A program made the translations under genes and the position numbers. A stretch of 63,444 nucleotides of DNA, filler included, from Octopus bimaculoides (taxonomy: Eukaryota), in the NCBI RefSeq assembly GCF_001194135.2. It is 4 parts of 4 records of this genome, joined end to end, with 100 filler letters (N's around TTAATTAATTAA, not from the genome) between each part and the next. Parts side by side here need not be neighbours in the genome. Positions count along the whole stretch, not along the records: positions 1 to 20,774 come from NC_068995.1; positions 20,875 to 32,319 come from NC_068987.1; 2 more parts are not named here. The stretch is one strand, 5' to 3'. Below, one piece after another: positions 13,301-26,657 of the stretch. Numbering within the stretch: the stretch's first letter is position 1; the number at the start of each line of letters is the position of its first letter. Below the pieces are notes generated by a model. That model was not told the DNA's origin, ran no database searches, and saw only the letters and a list, made by a program, of their open reading frames with translations.

Positions 13301-13852
13301 TAATATCAATTAAAACTTAAAGATTTGTGATGTTAATGAAGGTGTATACTCGTTGGGAATCGAATGCTAGAAATAAAACTTTAAATATGACAAATCAGAA
13401 ATAAATAAATGAATGCCTCACAAGGTTTTGGTCGGCCCGATGTGCCATTTAGTGGGACTGAACCCGAAGTCATGTGGTTAGGTAACCTCATAACCATGCC
13501 TATATGGAGAGGGAGAGAAGAAAGGGGGAAGGACGGATGCAGAAAGGGAGAGATACATGCACACAGGTATGCATGTACCTATGTTATGTAAATATGTAAG
13601 AGAATGAGTGAACTTCTGTGTCTGTGAGTATGTGTGTGAGTGTGTATGTGTGAGTGTGTGTACGCGTGCGTGTTTGTCGGCAGATATGTTTGCTCGCGCT
13701 CTAACAAATTTGTATGCATTAATAATTGTTAATAACCGGTACGTAGCGTTTCAGCGGAAATTTATAATCAATATAGAATAATTCGTTCTTCCTGTCTATA
13801 AATAAATGTGAACATACACGCACGCACACGCGCGCGCACACACGCGCGCGCG

Positions 13853-13960
<108 letters not shown>

Positions 13961-15687
13961 TATTTGTACCTGAAAATGTCTGATAGAAGTGTATTACGCG
14001 CGTTAGTTAGATAGTGAGTATCCGTATGAGCATTTAGTCAAGCAGAAATATGATTTAATACACAGCAGTACACGTGCAATGAGCTAGACCGACAAATACT
14101 CGAACGCACGCGCATTCACGCTTTTAAACACATATGGTTCAGACCATCAAACTGTAGAAAGGTAAAATTGAAATATAGTAGCTATAGTAGTAATTGCACT
14201 GTCACGATGACACTTATCTCAATATCTTCAATATGCAGGCAAAAAGGTGACACATTTACAAATGGTGGGTTGTGTATATTCCGTTGAATCGCTACCATGG
14301 CTGGAATTCATTTTATCGACCCCATCCCATAAAAGGATGAACGACTAAAATCAACTGCGGCACAGTTTGAACTCAACATGTTGTAGAACAAAACTAAATT
14401 CTGAAAAGCAGTCATTTGATTTTCAACCCAACATTTATATGCTATTCTTCATAGCTGTATTTGATGTGTTTCGAGAACCGTTATTCCAAAAAAGAATTAT
14501 TTCACGTTCTCTCTAAAGTTTATAAAATTCTTAGTGCGTTTTACATATTTTGTCGAAGGGTGTAACCATTCAGATCTCTTTAAATTAAAATTAAATATTT
14601 ATTATAAATATCTAGGTTAACCTATGATATTTAGGCTGACCCATAAAAATATTGATAGTTTTAAGGCACAAAGCAAAACTTTGTGCAGTTGTTTGTGTCG
14701 ATGTCATTGTACAGCTTGCAGCTCCTCACCACAAGCGCGGGTAATGAATCAATGAATGTCGGCGTTTTTCGGTTACAGGTATTTCGATAAGACCTTTATC
14801 AATATTAGAAATATTTACAGTTTGATAATTATGTCACCTATTATTCTATTTTGGACTAGAAAAACATACATTAATTGAGAGACTGCAAGAAAAATAGATG
14901 CAAAAGTTGATATATACAAAACGTTGCATGGAGTCAACCGATGAATGTTATGTATCTTTGTCGTGTGCAAAACACAGAGTAAAGCTCACTGTGATCTCTG
15001 TGAAATGATCATTGGTTTAACATATAATTTAGATTTAAAATGATATGATTATACAAAATAAAATAAAAAACAATTAATATTTTTTATATTTTAAAGGCCA
15101 ATTTATATGAAATTTGTAATTATCTCGTGACACTCCAACATTAATTTTTAATCGAATATGGCAGAAAAAACTGTAATTCGCCCTACATATGAAACATACG
15201 ATTTTAAGTCAGCTTAATAAGTGCCATAGACGAAACTTTGAACCTTGAGTCACTTTCCTGCTAATATATATATATATATATATATATANNNNNNNNNNNN
15301 NNNNNNNNNNNNNNNNNNNNNNNNNNNNNNNNNNNNNNNNNNNNNNNNNNNNNNNNNNNNNNNNNNNNNNNNNNNNNNNNNNNNNNNNNNNNNNNNNNNN
15401 NNNNNNNNNNNNNNNNNNNNNNNNNNNNNNNNNNNNNNNNNNNNNNNNNNNNNNNNNNNNNNNNNNNNNNNNNNNNNNNNNNNNNNNNNNNNNNNNNNNN
15501 NNNNNNNNNNNNNNNNNNNNNNNNNNNNNNNNNNNNNNNNNNNNNNNNNNNNNNNNNNNNNNNNNNNNNNNNNNNNNNNNNNNNNNNNNNNNNNNNNNNN
15601 NNNNNNNNNNNNNNNNNNNNNNNNNNNNNNNNNNNNNNNNNNNNNNNNNNNNNNNNNNNNNNNNNNNNNNNNNNNNNNNNNNNNNNN

Positions 15688-15745
<58 letters not shown>

Positions 15746-15889
15746 TGTGTGTGTATGTGTGTGTGTGTGTGTCTGTGTGTCTGTGTGTGTGTGCATGTAT
15801 GCATGTAAGAAAAAGTAACAACATACTCCCACAAAAACGCACATACATTCAATAAGATGTATTACAGAAAGAAATAATTCAACAGAATC

Positions 15890-16340
15890 ACCCTCAGCCG
15901 CATTGGTGGCTCCAGAGTAACCACTGAATACACTGCATGTCAAGAACAGGTGGTGTCATGCAAAGACGGCACTCCTGACCGATCGAATCACCCTCCGTAT
16001 ATTAAACCCATCGGGGTTCAACTCATGGGCTCTTTGAGTCTACATAATGTTGGGAGTCACATGATCTCACGTTTCTCCGGATGCCTTACCGATCATAACT
16101 GGTGTTTTCATCGTGAAGAGCAACACTTAAGTTTTCTTGTCTGATAGTTGGTTTTGCCATCAAAGTTTTTCGGCGATGGTCCTCCTCGACTCCCTAGTTT
16201 TGTTCTTAATGTCCTGGACTTCTTTCAGCCATCCGATGGCATCTGACCGTTGACGTTTCTTCTCCTTGAAAACAAGTGACACAGTTCCACCATAGGTTTT
16301 CAGTTCTTTGTCGTTCAAGAAGCTGACGATCTGGGTTGCT
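15890..16340 (-). mobile_element. maT-like transposase remnant
   Basis: KELKTYGGTVS..KRQRSDAI..VQDI and MKTPVMIG..DHVTP..LNPDG parallel the 42.8-43.5 kb family. Confidence 0.5.
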
Positions 16341-16459
16341 GTAGTTATGTCACGAATCTACTGTTTTACTGCTCTCAATATGTCTGAAATAGAAATGAGA
16401 AAATTAAAATTTAACGCATTATGTAACCTTGCGTAAGACCGCCTTCCATTTACACACAC

Positions 16460-16573
<114 letters not shown>

Positions 16574-17235
16574 TTAATCGTAAATTTACTGCTAGATCGG
16601 CTTCCATATGTTTGATCCAAACTAGATAATAATATTCATTACCACCACCACAAACACCACCACCACCACCATCAGCATCATAATCACCGTCATCATCATT
16701 ATGCTCATTAGCTCTTAGCATTCATTTTTCTAATCCATGTTTATCCTTATTCTTAATCTTCAGGTTAACTTCAGTTTAGGCTCTATTAATTATCTACAAT
16801 TTAATTATCCACAATGATGCTACCAAAATGATACTATCTACCCGCCATCATAATATATTTAGTACCACACTTATGCTATTGATTAATTTGTAACCATCTG
16901 TATTAATGCTACAACAATCTATTATTGAACCAAATTCTTATTTCACCTAAAACCTAGAAATATTAGCATCTTTACTTGACAAAAATCTAATTAGACATAT
17001 GCTTTTTTTTCGCTTTCCCCTCTTGAATGCCTCGGTACATCTTTTCAAAATGAAGGTCACAAAGATCAACGTTAAATTCTCTTAACTTTAAAAGAGCACA
17101 TAGCGTAATTATTTATAATAACTGCAGCTTAAACACCTACCCCACTACCATTTACTCTAACCCTAACTCCACTATCATATTCTTTGTCACGTAACAATGA
17201 ATATGCGCTCTCTATTTTAATAATAATCGTTTTTG

Positions 17236-17450
17236 AAAGCAGTGAGCTTGGCAGAATCGTTAACCTTCTGGACAAAATGCTTTGCAGCGTTTTGTCTGTC
17301 TTTACTCTGAGTTCAAATTCCGCCGGGATCGAATTCACATTTCATCTTTCCGAGATCAATAAAATAAGAACCAGTTGAAACTTGGGGTCGCTGTAACCGA
17401 CATATTCTCTTCCCCGAAATTGCTGGCTTTTGTAAAATTTGAAACCAATA
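17236..17450 (+). mobile_element. tRNA-derived SINE, family B (other copies 3940-4155-, 14300-14385-, 17998-18212-, 30428-30633-, 46960-47125-, 51594-51810-, 51828-52045-)
   Basis: Head GAGC(T)TGGCAGAATCG, B box GAGTTCAAATTCC, and a core GCCTTTCATCCTTTCGGGGTCGATAAAATAAGTACCAG (best kept in other copies) resembling the Nin/Deu SINE domain. Confidence 0.85.
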
Positions 17451-17586
17451 ATAATCTTTTGTCATGTATATTTAATATTGCTTTATTGGGATTTTTTATT
17501 ATATTCTTCTGCCGGCTGCATGTAAATTCAGTTGATTTATAAGAGTTAATTTTATCTCTATTCCATCTATCTATCTATCTACCTAC

Positions 17587-17628
<42 letters not shown>

Positions 17629-18295
17629 GTCTGTCTGTTTGGCTATGTGTCTGTGTGTGTGTGTGTGTGACTCACACAAACAGCTGAAATACGTGTTTTT
17701 ATAGCTCTAAAACAACGAACTTTCAATAAAAACGACTCAGTGTATTTGTAGAATCTATTTAGATATTATTTATAGTAATTATAGTTTAACTGAGAGTAAC
17801 TTAGAAGTTTCACATATCTGTAGCTTAATCAAGCAGAAGGATGTGATTTGAGGGAGGATTGCCAGCTAACATGTTAAAGTTTCACTTGTTGGTTCACACG
17901 TTAGTAGGGTGTAGTTTGAGGGAAACGTGGCAACTCTTTCAATCACGTCTGTCTTCCATCTTGGCGGAGTAGGCGGTTTCTTTGTCGGCACATAGTTTGG
18001 TTTAAAATTTTGACACAAGACCAGCAATTTTAGGGGTGAGGCAAAGTCGATTACATTGACCCTATTGCCCCACTGGTGTTCATTTTATCAACCCCAAAGG
18101 GATGAGAGGCAAAGTCGACCTCAACGGAATTTGAACTCAGAACGTAAAGACGGACGGAATGCCCCTAAGTATTTTGTTCGGCGTGCTAACGATTCTGCCA
18201 GCTTGCCGCCTCATTTGGGACATATATTAATACGTAAGGCATTAGAACGTGATAGATTTGGCAACTATTGCTAGCATGTCTCACTTGTTGCCTCA

Positions 18296-20145
18296 CATAC
18301 ATACATACATACATACATACATACATGATGGCCGTTCACTCGTGACCGAGGAAGACCATTGCTGACCTTCAGGAATATTGTGCGTTCTAGGACTAGCTTA
18401 TATTTTGCATTTGCGGCTCCGTTGGTGGCTAATGAGCCCTGCTCTTGACAGGCATATACGACTGCAAACATTGCAAACCAAGCTTTCCCCATTCACTACA
18501 TTAGCAGTGCGCTTTTGAGCAGCACGCTTAAATTCTTCATGCAGAATACGTGCTCTCCCAAAGGTGTCGACCCCCTCCTTAAACTGCTTCCTCTATCTGT
18601 GGCAATGACAGGCATTGTTCTCCCAGTCAGTCTCCTGCATATCACAGGCCTTTAATGAGGACTTTATACAGTCCTTCAATCGCAGCCTTGGTTTCTGCCG
18701 GGATCCCTTTCCACTAACAAGTTCTCCATATAGCATCTATTTTGGGATCTTGCTATCCTTCATTCTAATAAGGTGTCCAGTCCAACGTCACCGGTGCTTG
18801 TGTACCATCGCCTCAATACTCAAGATAGCAACTTTCCTCAGGACCTGTGTGTCTGGAGTTATTAAGGTCCAGCTAACATTCAGAATGTGTCTCAGACATC
18901 TCTGATGAAAGCGTTCAAGAACTCTTGCATGACATTTGTAAAGAGTCCATTTCTCACACGAGTAAAGGAGCGATCTCCAGCACACATGTACGGTACACAG
19001 CAATTTTTGTTCGCCTTGTGATGCTATGCTGGGAACAGACACGAGACTCAAGAGACCAGAAGGAATCAGTTGCTCTCTACAGCCTGAAAGATATTTCCTC
19101 ATCTAGGGAGCAAGAACAGCTGAGTATGCTACACAGGTAGACAAACTTGTCTACCACTTTCAGTATTGTTCCTTCAACCAAGATAGCTGGTTCCACATAT
19201 GGATTTCCTGGTGCAGGCTGGAACATTACAACAGTCTTGTCCAGGCTAATGCTGAGTCCAAATGCCTTGCAAGAAGCAGAAATACGATTCATAAGTATAT
19301 GAATGTCATCCACTGTATGAGTGACTAAGTCACATTCATCTGCATAAAGGAGATCACGAATAAGAGACTGAAAAGCTTTTGAATTGGCAGCAAATCGGCG
19401 CATATTAAAGAGGCGACCAGAAGATCGATATCTGACATATACACCCAGAGAGCTAACCTTAGCAAATGCATGAGTAAAAGCAGCAGCAAAGTACAAGGAA
19501 AAGAGAGTTGGGGCAAGGACATCACTCTGCTTGACACCATTCTCTACAGGAATGCCACCACCAACATTGACCCAAGCTTCCATCCCATCATGAAATGATT
19601 TAATTATCGATACAAAGTTTACCAATTATTTTCCATAGCAAGGCCCTATTCATAATATCAAAGGCTGTCTTGCAGTGAAAATCATATCCATTGTCCCTCT
19701 ACCAGATCGGAAGCCACATTGAGATTCAGATAGAACATCATTTACGAGACACCCATTTAGGTGGGTAAGAAGAATATTTGCCAGAAACTTGTCAGCAGCT
19801 GATAGTAGAGCAATACCTCTGTAGTTACCACTCATTGTTCTGGCTCCTTTCCCTTTATAGAGAAAAAGAATAATTGCATCCTTCCAGTCCTTAGGCACCA
19901 TTCCTCCAGACTACACTAATAAGTTCATGAAAGGACTATATGATGTAATCACCACCAAATCACCACCAAATCGCACAAATTCCATCCCTTCCATGTGCCC
20001 TACCAAGATTCAGTTTACTTATTGATGTCATTACCTCATCTGTTGAGGGCGTGGAATTTAAGGAGTCAATGGTAGGTCTTTGTTGCATAGTATCAATCAC
20101 TGTTTCATCCACAACAGACTCATGATGGTTTAGAAGTTCAAAAGT
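18296..20145 (-). mobile_element. 5'-truncated RTE-clade LINE with decayed reverse transcriptase
   Basis: VPKDWKDAII..YKGKG..NYRGIALLS, ESQCGFRSGRGTMDMIFTARQ, QSDVLAPTLFSLYF, LLYADE, KVVDKFVYL. Ends in an (ATGT)n tail. The FxDLxKAFD segment is deleted. Confidence 0.93.
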
Positions 20146-20743
20146 CTTCGTTTTGGCGCGCCAAACACCGGAAATAATTCTGCAGAAAATAACTCTCTGC
20201 AGTGAATTTTGCCGGCTAGAGAACATGGTTATTTAAATTTAAATAATAAGGGTGAAAAATTGAAGACTTTTGAAATATAACCCCAAATGTAATTGGTAGA
20301 ACTATATACATGTTCAATCTCATGCGGACGTCTCGTGTATAGTCCTGCAAATTATATTGCAATGATGATCACATTGAAGAGTTGCGGACAATTACGCAAG
20401 TAATTACGTAAGTGATAACAAGGAAACCGGTCTGTGATTAATCTATATTTTGCATCTTTTCCTTTGTCTTGCTCGCTTACGTTCTGGCGTTTGTTGAATT
20501 TTCTTGAGAACAGTCTCTTCTTAGTGGTCAGACTATAGGTGGGCTACTTCTAGCATAATGGGTGTCCACTTAGTGGTCATCTTTCGTATATGTATGTAAT
20601 ATAATTTTTCTGAATCTTCAGATTTTTCAATATGCTAGGCCACTGGTTTTAAATTGATATTAATTAAATTAAAACTCAATTTTTCACTCTTATTATTTAT
20701 TTATATATATATATATGCATATATATATGTGCATATATCTATA

Positions 20744-20774
<31 letters not shown>

Positions 20775-20874
20775 NNNNNNNNNNNNNNNNNNNNNNNNNN
20801 NNNNNNNNNNNNNNNNNNTTAATTAATTAANNNNNNNNNNNNNNNNNNNNNNNNNNNNNNNNNNNNNNNNNNNN
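20775..20874. other. Artificial 100-bp scaffold join, 44N-TTAATTAATTAA-44N (also 32320-32419 and 41181-41280)
   Basis: Three identical geometries; the 12-mer has stop codons in all six frames. Confidence 0.9.
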
Positions 20875-21003
20875 TGAACAATTTTTTTTTTTTTCAAACA
20901 TGGAATGAAACAAACAGAGAAACAAGACAGGCAACATAAAGAACATTCCCTTCATCAGTTGTTCCCTGTTTTCTCTACTCCGCATTTCGAAGGTAGGGAC
21001 AAA

Positions 21004-21034
<31 letters not shown>

Positions 21035-21164
21035 TATATATATTCAGATTCTGATCAGGCACAATAGATTATCATATGGTCTATCCTGGACAAAACCACT
21101 CCTTTTTTTTTAACATCTAAGTATAGAAAAAGAAAGCATATAAGCACTCTGTTTGCCAATGAAG

Positions 21165-21214
21165 CTTCTGTCCATACAAATGCCTCCAGCTGGAGGCATT
21201 TGTATGGACAGAAG
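21165..21214. repeat. Perfect 50-bp palindrome
   Basis: CTTCTGTCCATACAAATGCCTCCAG followed directly by its exact reverse complement. Confidence 0.95.
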
Positions 21215-21240
21215 AAAATGAAGTTGCATATAACTATTAG

Positions 21241-21900
21241 TTACAAACAATAATAATAAAAAGAAAATGCACCAGTTGAAGAAATATGATCTGGTTCAAT
21301 CCACCATGAAACAAGTCCTCTCCTTAATCAAAAAACACTTCCATAAAGATTAAAAAAGAAAATCATGAATTATTCAACAATGACAATACAAATAACAGTT
21401 ATTCTACAGTCCCATCTTTAAGAAAAATTATCCCATTTATAATTAGAAAATCCTTTAAAGTAAAATAGAATAAATCATAGGAGATGACTGTAATGGTTGA
21501 AACAGTGAGTTGTGTTCCTTGGATAATCAGTGCTTGAGTAATTACATCTTGTATCTGTCCACAATTGGAATTTAACAAATGCTAATACAGTTTGTTACAG
21601 GGGTTTAACAAAGATCTCTTTAAGAGCTCACTTTTTCATCAAGTGGATTGTTTCAAACGCAATCACAAAGAAAATACTACATCACTCTCAACACATAAGG
21701 GGAAGTATACAGACATGGTCTGTCTTGGTCTATCTATTCTATAATATAGACTATTCTATAAAATTTGTAAAATTTAGAATGGTAAGATGAGAGAATTTAA
21801 CTGCATGGTTACTTAAAATGCAGTGGATATTTGTGATTTAAAGGAAATCTCTTACTTTAATATATTAAAGAAAACTTTAGGTTTATTTGTTCTAAATTTT
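21241..21900 (+). mobile_element. Penelope-like (Poseidon-type) linker and GIY-YIG fragment, inverted relative to the adjacent RT
   Basis: RNMIWFNPP, LIKKHF, HELFNN..SYS, CSLDNQCLSNYILY, ENTTSLS on the plus strand. Confidence 0.75.
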
Positions 21901-21959
21901 TTTGCATAAGCTGCATTAAACCAAGCCCTGCTATTTTTTCTCATTTTCATTCCTGGAGT

Positions 21960-22900
21960 ATTTAGTTACAGATATGTCAGGATCGCTGCTTGTTACAGCA
22001 TTTATTTGTAATGTTTGGAGGGTTGTGTGGTGTATTAACCTGTTTTGTATGTTTGTGTAGAAATTACACTAAAATCAAAGTTGTTTGTATCAAAGGATGT
22101 AATAAATTGGATCTTATCTTCAAAACCATTTTTCAAGAGTTTAACATTATTAAACTCAGACTTATTACTAAATACTTGTACATAAGAAAACAGTTTAGAT
22201 ATTCTAAGAGAAATATTCTTTATAAGATCACCTATTATAGATTTAGGATGATTAGAATTTTTGCGACTGTAGTTAAGATTTTCTTTAGGTATGTGGAGAG
22301 GAAAGTGTATGTTGCTATTCAAAGCTACAGCAACATCAAGAAAATTTACATTTTTATAGTCTGAGCTGAAAGAGACAGACTGGTTATAATTCTTAAAGAA
22401 GGCTAATAGTCTTTTACAGGGTCTCTTAGAACAATTAATGTTATTTATTATTAAGTGTATCATCCTGGTATAAACCTTTGCCAAATTCTAAGAAAAAATA
22501 TTCTAGCTTATGTAACAGGAAAAGCCTAACAATGTATTATATAGGATCCACTTCTAATTCCTTTAAACGATGTTATGACTTGCATACACACAACTCTAGG
22601 AATTAAAATTACATAACTCAGACTCGTTAGGTACATATTTAATCTTAGCTCTTGCAATATAGAATTTGAACTACACTGGGGCCTCACAGAATTGGCCCTT
22701 TTTTTATGCTGAAAACAAGAAAAAATGCAGGCTTTACTCTGTTGAAACTTTGCAGATTTTATTAAGCAACAATAAATTACTTGAAAGTATTTTGCTCTTG
22801 CAAACAAAATTTTAAGGTCTTTTAAATTTTGTAAAAACAATTTTGTCCAGGAAAAGCAGTAAATAATAGTTAAGTACATTCTGTCAATTGACTTGTATTT
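21960..22900 (-). mobile_element. Penelope-like (Poseidon-type) RT fragment
   Basis: GLYQDD active-site remnant, VNFLDV, SNHPKSII..IKNISLRISKL. Confidence 0.8.
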
Positions 22901-23026
22901 TATTACATATAACCATAATTAACAAGATATAATTATAAGAATGTGGAAAATTACTTCATCCTCACTATATATGTGTGTGTGTGTATTTTGCTTAGGCCTT
23001 GTGAGACTAATAACCTGGTGTAGAAC

Positions 23027-23130
23027 TCAATATACGTGTGCTTTTGAATGAAGCATTGGTTGAGTACAGAGCAGTAATAAGAAGAGATGACTTATTACTT
23101 GACTAAGATAATCATCTTTTCCTTTGTCAT
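23027..23130 (-). pseudogene. Candidate terminal exon continuing the decayed frame
   Basis: Acceptor ttttatataagag|, phase 1, reads (D)DKGKDDYLSQVISHLFLLLLCTQPMLHSKAHVY*. Minus-strand AATAAA at 22904-22899. Confidence 0.35.
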
Positions 23131-23463
23131 CTCTTATATAAAACAATAATTATATGCGTAAAATCTTTTAATTTTATTTAAACTAGACTTCATAACTGTT
23201 GCAGCTATATTTTTAAAATTTAATTTTTGTTTTGCAAATTGTGTGTGTGTCTGTGATTGTATAGAGATAGATTTGAATTGCATGAATATACATGTATGCT
23301 CATATATGAACTTACACTCCCTTCTATAGATGTGTAGACATTTCTTCTTAAATATATTGGCAGGTGTATGAAGATAAAAAGTTACATATGTATATATGCA
23401 TGTGTGTGAGCATGCATGCATATGTATGAGCGAGTAGATACAATATGGCTGCTTTTCACTAAC

Positions 23464-23564
23464 CAAATTCCTGACTATCCTCATTTCTACTGTCATCTCA
23501 GTCATTTTCATGTTAACTTAAAATTTTCTTTGCTCTAAGCATTCTTCTTTCTCTCTTTATTTCA
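23464..23564 (-). pseudogene. Exon downstream of the DCDC1 stop (3' UTR or decayed coding exon)
   Basis: Acceptor ttttgccattttatcag|, donor TTG|gttagt. Best frame (H)EIKRERRMLRAKKILS*HEND*DDSRNEDSQEF, phase-compatible with the 24067 donor. Confidence 0.45.
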
Positions 23565-24066
23565 CTGATAAAATGGCAAAATAATAGCCTTCTTTTTTCT
23601 TCACTGCTTTAAAAAGATTGTACTCTTAACCCACATACTATTTTAGCACTATAAATCAACTGATGCTGGTAACTAACAATGGATTGAATTACTATTTTAT
23701 TCTGGAGATCTGATGTTTGAGTGTTATTATGCAATTGTCTGCATAATAATTATCGCATAACATACTAGTGCTTCCTAATGAAACTCATGTAAAGATTATA
23801 TAAGTTATAACATTATAATAAAAAAAAACTTAAACTAACTCTCCTGCTTTATTCTACTCTCATATATGAGAGTGGAATAAAACAGTAGAATTATGAATAT
23901 TGATATTAAAAGAGAGATCAGTTTACTATTCCAAACATGGTACTAAGTTTTAATTTCTAATTCAATTTCATCGAAAAGGCAGTGTGGTACACATGTAACA
24001 GTCTTTTAAATACAGCTTTCAGCTATTCCATGCTATTAGCAATGAAATAATACAACTTATACTTAC

Positions 24067-24160
24067 TGCTGCTGCAGTTCTTTAATTAAATCATCCATAC
24101 TTGCTGTTTGCATGATTTAATCACCAGGTGGCAACAGTAGTTGGGGTAATAACAATGTTA
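24067..24160 (-). CDS. DCDC1: Probable DCDC1 exon carrying the stop codon (TGA at 24123-24121)
   Basis: Acceptor cttttatatttcaatag|, donor CA|gtaagt. After the 38-nt exon it reads (G)NIVITPTTVATW*. If that exon is skipped it begins with TAA. Confidence 0.55.
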
Positions 24161-24564
24161 CTATTGAAATATAAAAGCTATATTATATTCTTGATTAAAT
24201 GATTTGGTGTATATAGTAAACTTGCCATACAAATTAATGTGAACAGGTGCAAACACACACACAGACACACACACAGCAAATATATTTTCTTAATGAAAAT
24301 ATAACCACAAATGAATAAAAAAATTATGGTGATTAGTGATAGGCGTAGCAAAAGTGCTGATCGTGTTACTGTAACCATGTGGCAATATTAAATTTCTTCA
24401 TCATCATAACATCCGCTTTTCCATGCTTGCATGAATCAGACAGTTTTATTGTGGCAGATTTTTCTAAAAATTTGGATACTTTCTTTGTTGCTAATCCTTA
24501 TCTGTTACTAAGTGAGGTAATACTTCTCCATATCTAGACATGTTTTTGCCAAATATTGGATATA

Positions 24565-24944
24565 TGACTTCCGTGCCAGTGACACGTAAATAGCACCATT
24601 TGAGCGTGATCGTTACCAGCGTCGCCTTACTGGTACTTGTGCTGGTGGCACGTGAAAAAACATTCGAGCAAGGTTGTTGCCAGTGTCACTGGACTGGCCC
24701 CTGTGCAGGTGGCACGTAAAAAACATTTTGAGCGTGGCCGTTGCAAGTACCGCCGGACCGGCCTTCATGCCGGTGGCACGTAAAAGCACCCACTACACTC
24801 TCAGAGTGGTTGGTGTTAGGAAGGGCATCCAGCTGTAGAAACTCTGCCAGATCAGATTGGAGCCTGGTGTAGCCATCTGGTTCACCAGTCCTCAGTCAAA
24901 TCGTCCAACCCATGCTAGCATGGAAAGCGGACGTTAAACGATGA

Positions 24945-24947
<3 letters not shown>
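24565..24947 (+). mobile_element. SINE family C with internal ~60-bp tandem units and an RTE-like (GAT)n tail (other copies 27712-28046+, 30945-31125+)
   Basis: Repeated GGTGGCACGTAAAA units, GTTAGGAAGGGCATCCAGCTGTAGAAAC, and a GTTAAACGATGATG tail. Confidence 0.8.
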
Positions 24948-24985
<38 letters not shown>

Positions 24986-26619
24986 ACTTCTTTTCAGTTT
25001 CTACCAAATCCACTCAGAAAGCTTTGGTCTGCCCAAGGCTATAGAAGACACTTGCTCAAGGTGCCACACCTGAGCCCATAATACTTGGCTGTTAATTATT
25101 TTATCAATTAAACAAGGATGAAAGGCAGATCTCTGTGGGATTTGAACTCAAAATATGAAGACCCATAACTAAATATCACAAAACGTTTGATACTCTATAG
25201 ACTCAGCTAATCTATTATTTAATTAACAAATAATTAATTAACTTGGAGAGCTAAGTTCAAACTCCTCAACTCTTTAGCAGTCAGATAACTGTCAAATGTA
25301 ATGTTTATTTATTCACTTTGTCTTTAATTAATTACACATTATCTTATAGATTTCAATGTGTTTGTTTCTGATTATAACATTGTAAGGTAGGTGTGAGAGG
25401 TCAGATATGACCAGTCTGAACTCAAAACAACATGGTTGCAAGCCAAGCTTGTTAACCACCCAGCCATACCCATTAGATGTCATTATTAGATATTCCATCC
25501 AATAATATTTCAAGCATAAATTGATAACTGATGTTTGATTGGCTCTGATTGATTTGATCGGACGTTATCAATTCAAAGAATTAAGAGGGATACAAAAAAA
25601 AAAAACCAAACAAATTTTAGCTTTGGTCCATTTCTTTTAATTCCACTATGAAACCATTTCCGCTGAAGCTTGCTGTCTCATAGCCAGCCATTATTCTGTC
25701 TTTGGAGTTAACTTTATGAGAGGAGGTAATTGGTTTATGAATTATTCTTTGTAAGATGGATCATAATTTGAGAGGGATGAAGAGAGAAAGGATGAGAAAG
25801 AAAGATGAAGAGAGAGGGAGAGGATGAGAGAGAAAGGGTGAGAGAGAGGGGGTGAGAATGAGAAAGATGAAGAGAGAGAGAAAGATAACAAGTGAGACAG
25901 GGTGAAGGTGGGAGAGCCAGAGAGAGGGCAAAAGAGACAGAAAGGGTGAGAAAGATGGAGAGAGCGAGACGGGCAAGAAGGACAGAGATGGGCAAGAAGG
26001 ACAGAGATGGTGAGAGAGAAGACAAAAGAGACAGAGGGTGAGAAAGATGGGCAAACGAGAGAGAGAGAGAGAGGGCAAGAGCAAAAGAGATAACAAGAGG
26101 ATGAGAGAGAGTGATAGAGAGAGGAGACAAATAGACAGAGTGGGGGGGGGGGCAAATGATGTCACACAAGCAATAATAGTGACCATAATATGTTTAATGC
26201 ATGGCGTGATCGCAAAGCCATATTGCTGGTGGAGAAAGAAAAGTGATTTATAAAATGAAGAGATTTTATAGTTTTATCAATTTAGAATTATATTTATTCA
26301 TTTATTTTATCCTGTCTTTGTTTTGTTGTGAAAATTGCTTGACTTATGACAAGGACAACTTGAGAAGTAGTATGTAATTAGAATCAGAGACGAGACAACC
26401 AAACCTAAATGTATTTAGAATTAGAGTTAATTGTGTGTTTAGCAGTATTTATAGTGTTCAAGCAAGACAACATCAATGCCAGAAATGCAATTTAAACAAA
26501 AGTTATGGCTACAATAATGAAACATAAAGATGAAAATCAACATACAGTGAAAGGGCAAAATACGTTCAACAACAAAGCCATCCATAATTTGAAATCAAGA
26601 GACCAAGATGGCTACTTAC

Positions 26620-26657
26620 CCCCAGATAGTATTATCTTTAGCAAACTTGTCTGATTG
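26620..26657 (-). CDS. DCDC1: Probable next DCDC1 exon (38 nt)
   Basis: Acceptor ctttttatag|, donor GG|gtaagt, phase 0-2, reads QSDKFAKDNTIW(G). Phase fits the upstream exon; no homology support. Confidence 0.55.

Noticed and set aside
24565-24790. Regularly spaced ~60-bp repeats superficially like a CRISPR array
   Set aside because: They are internal units of a dispersed SINE also found at 27.7 kb; the context is eukaryotic with no cas genes.
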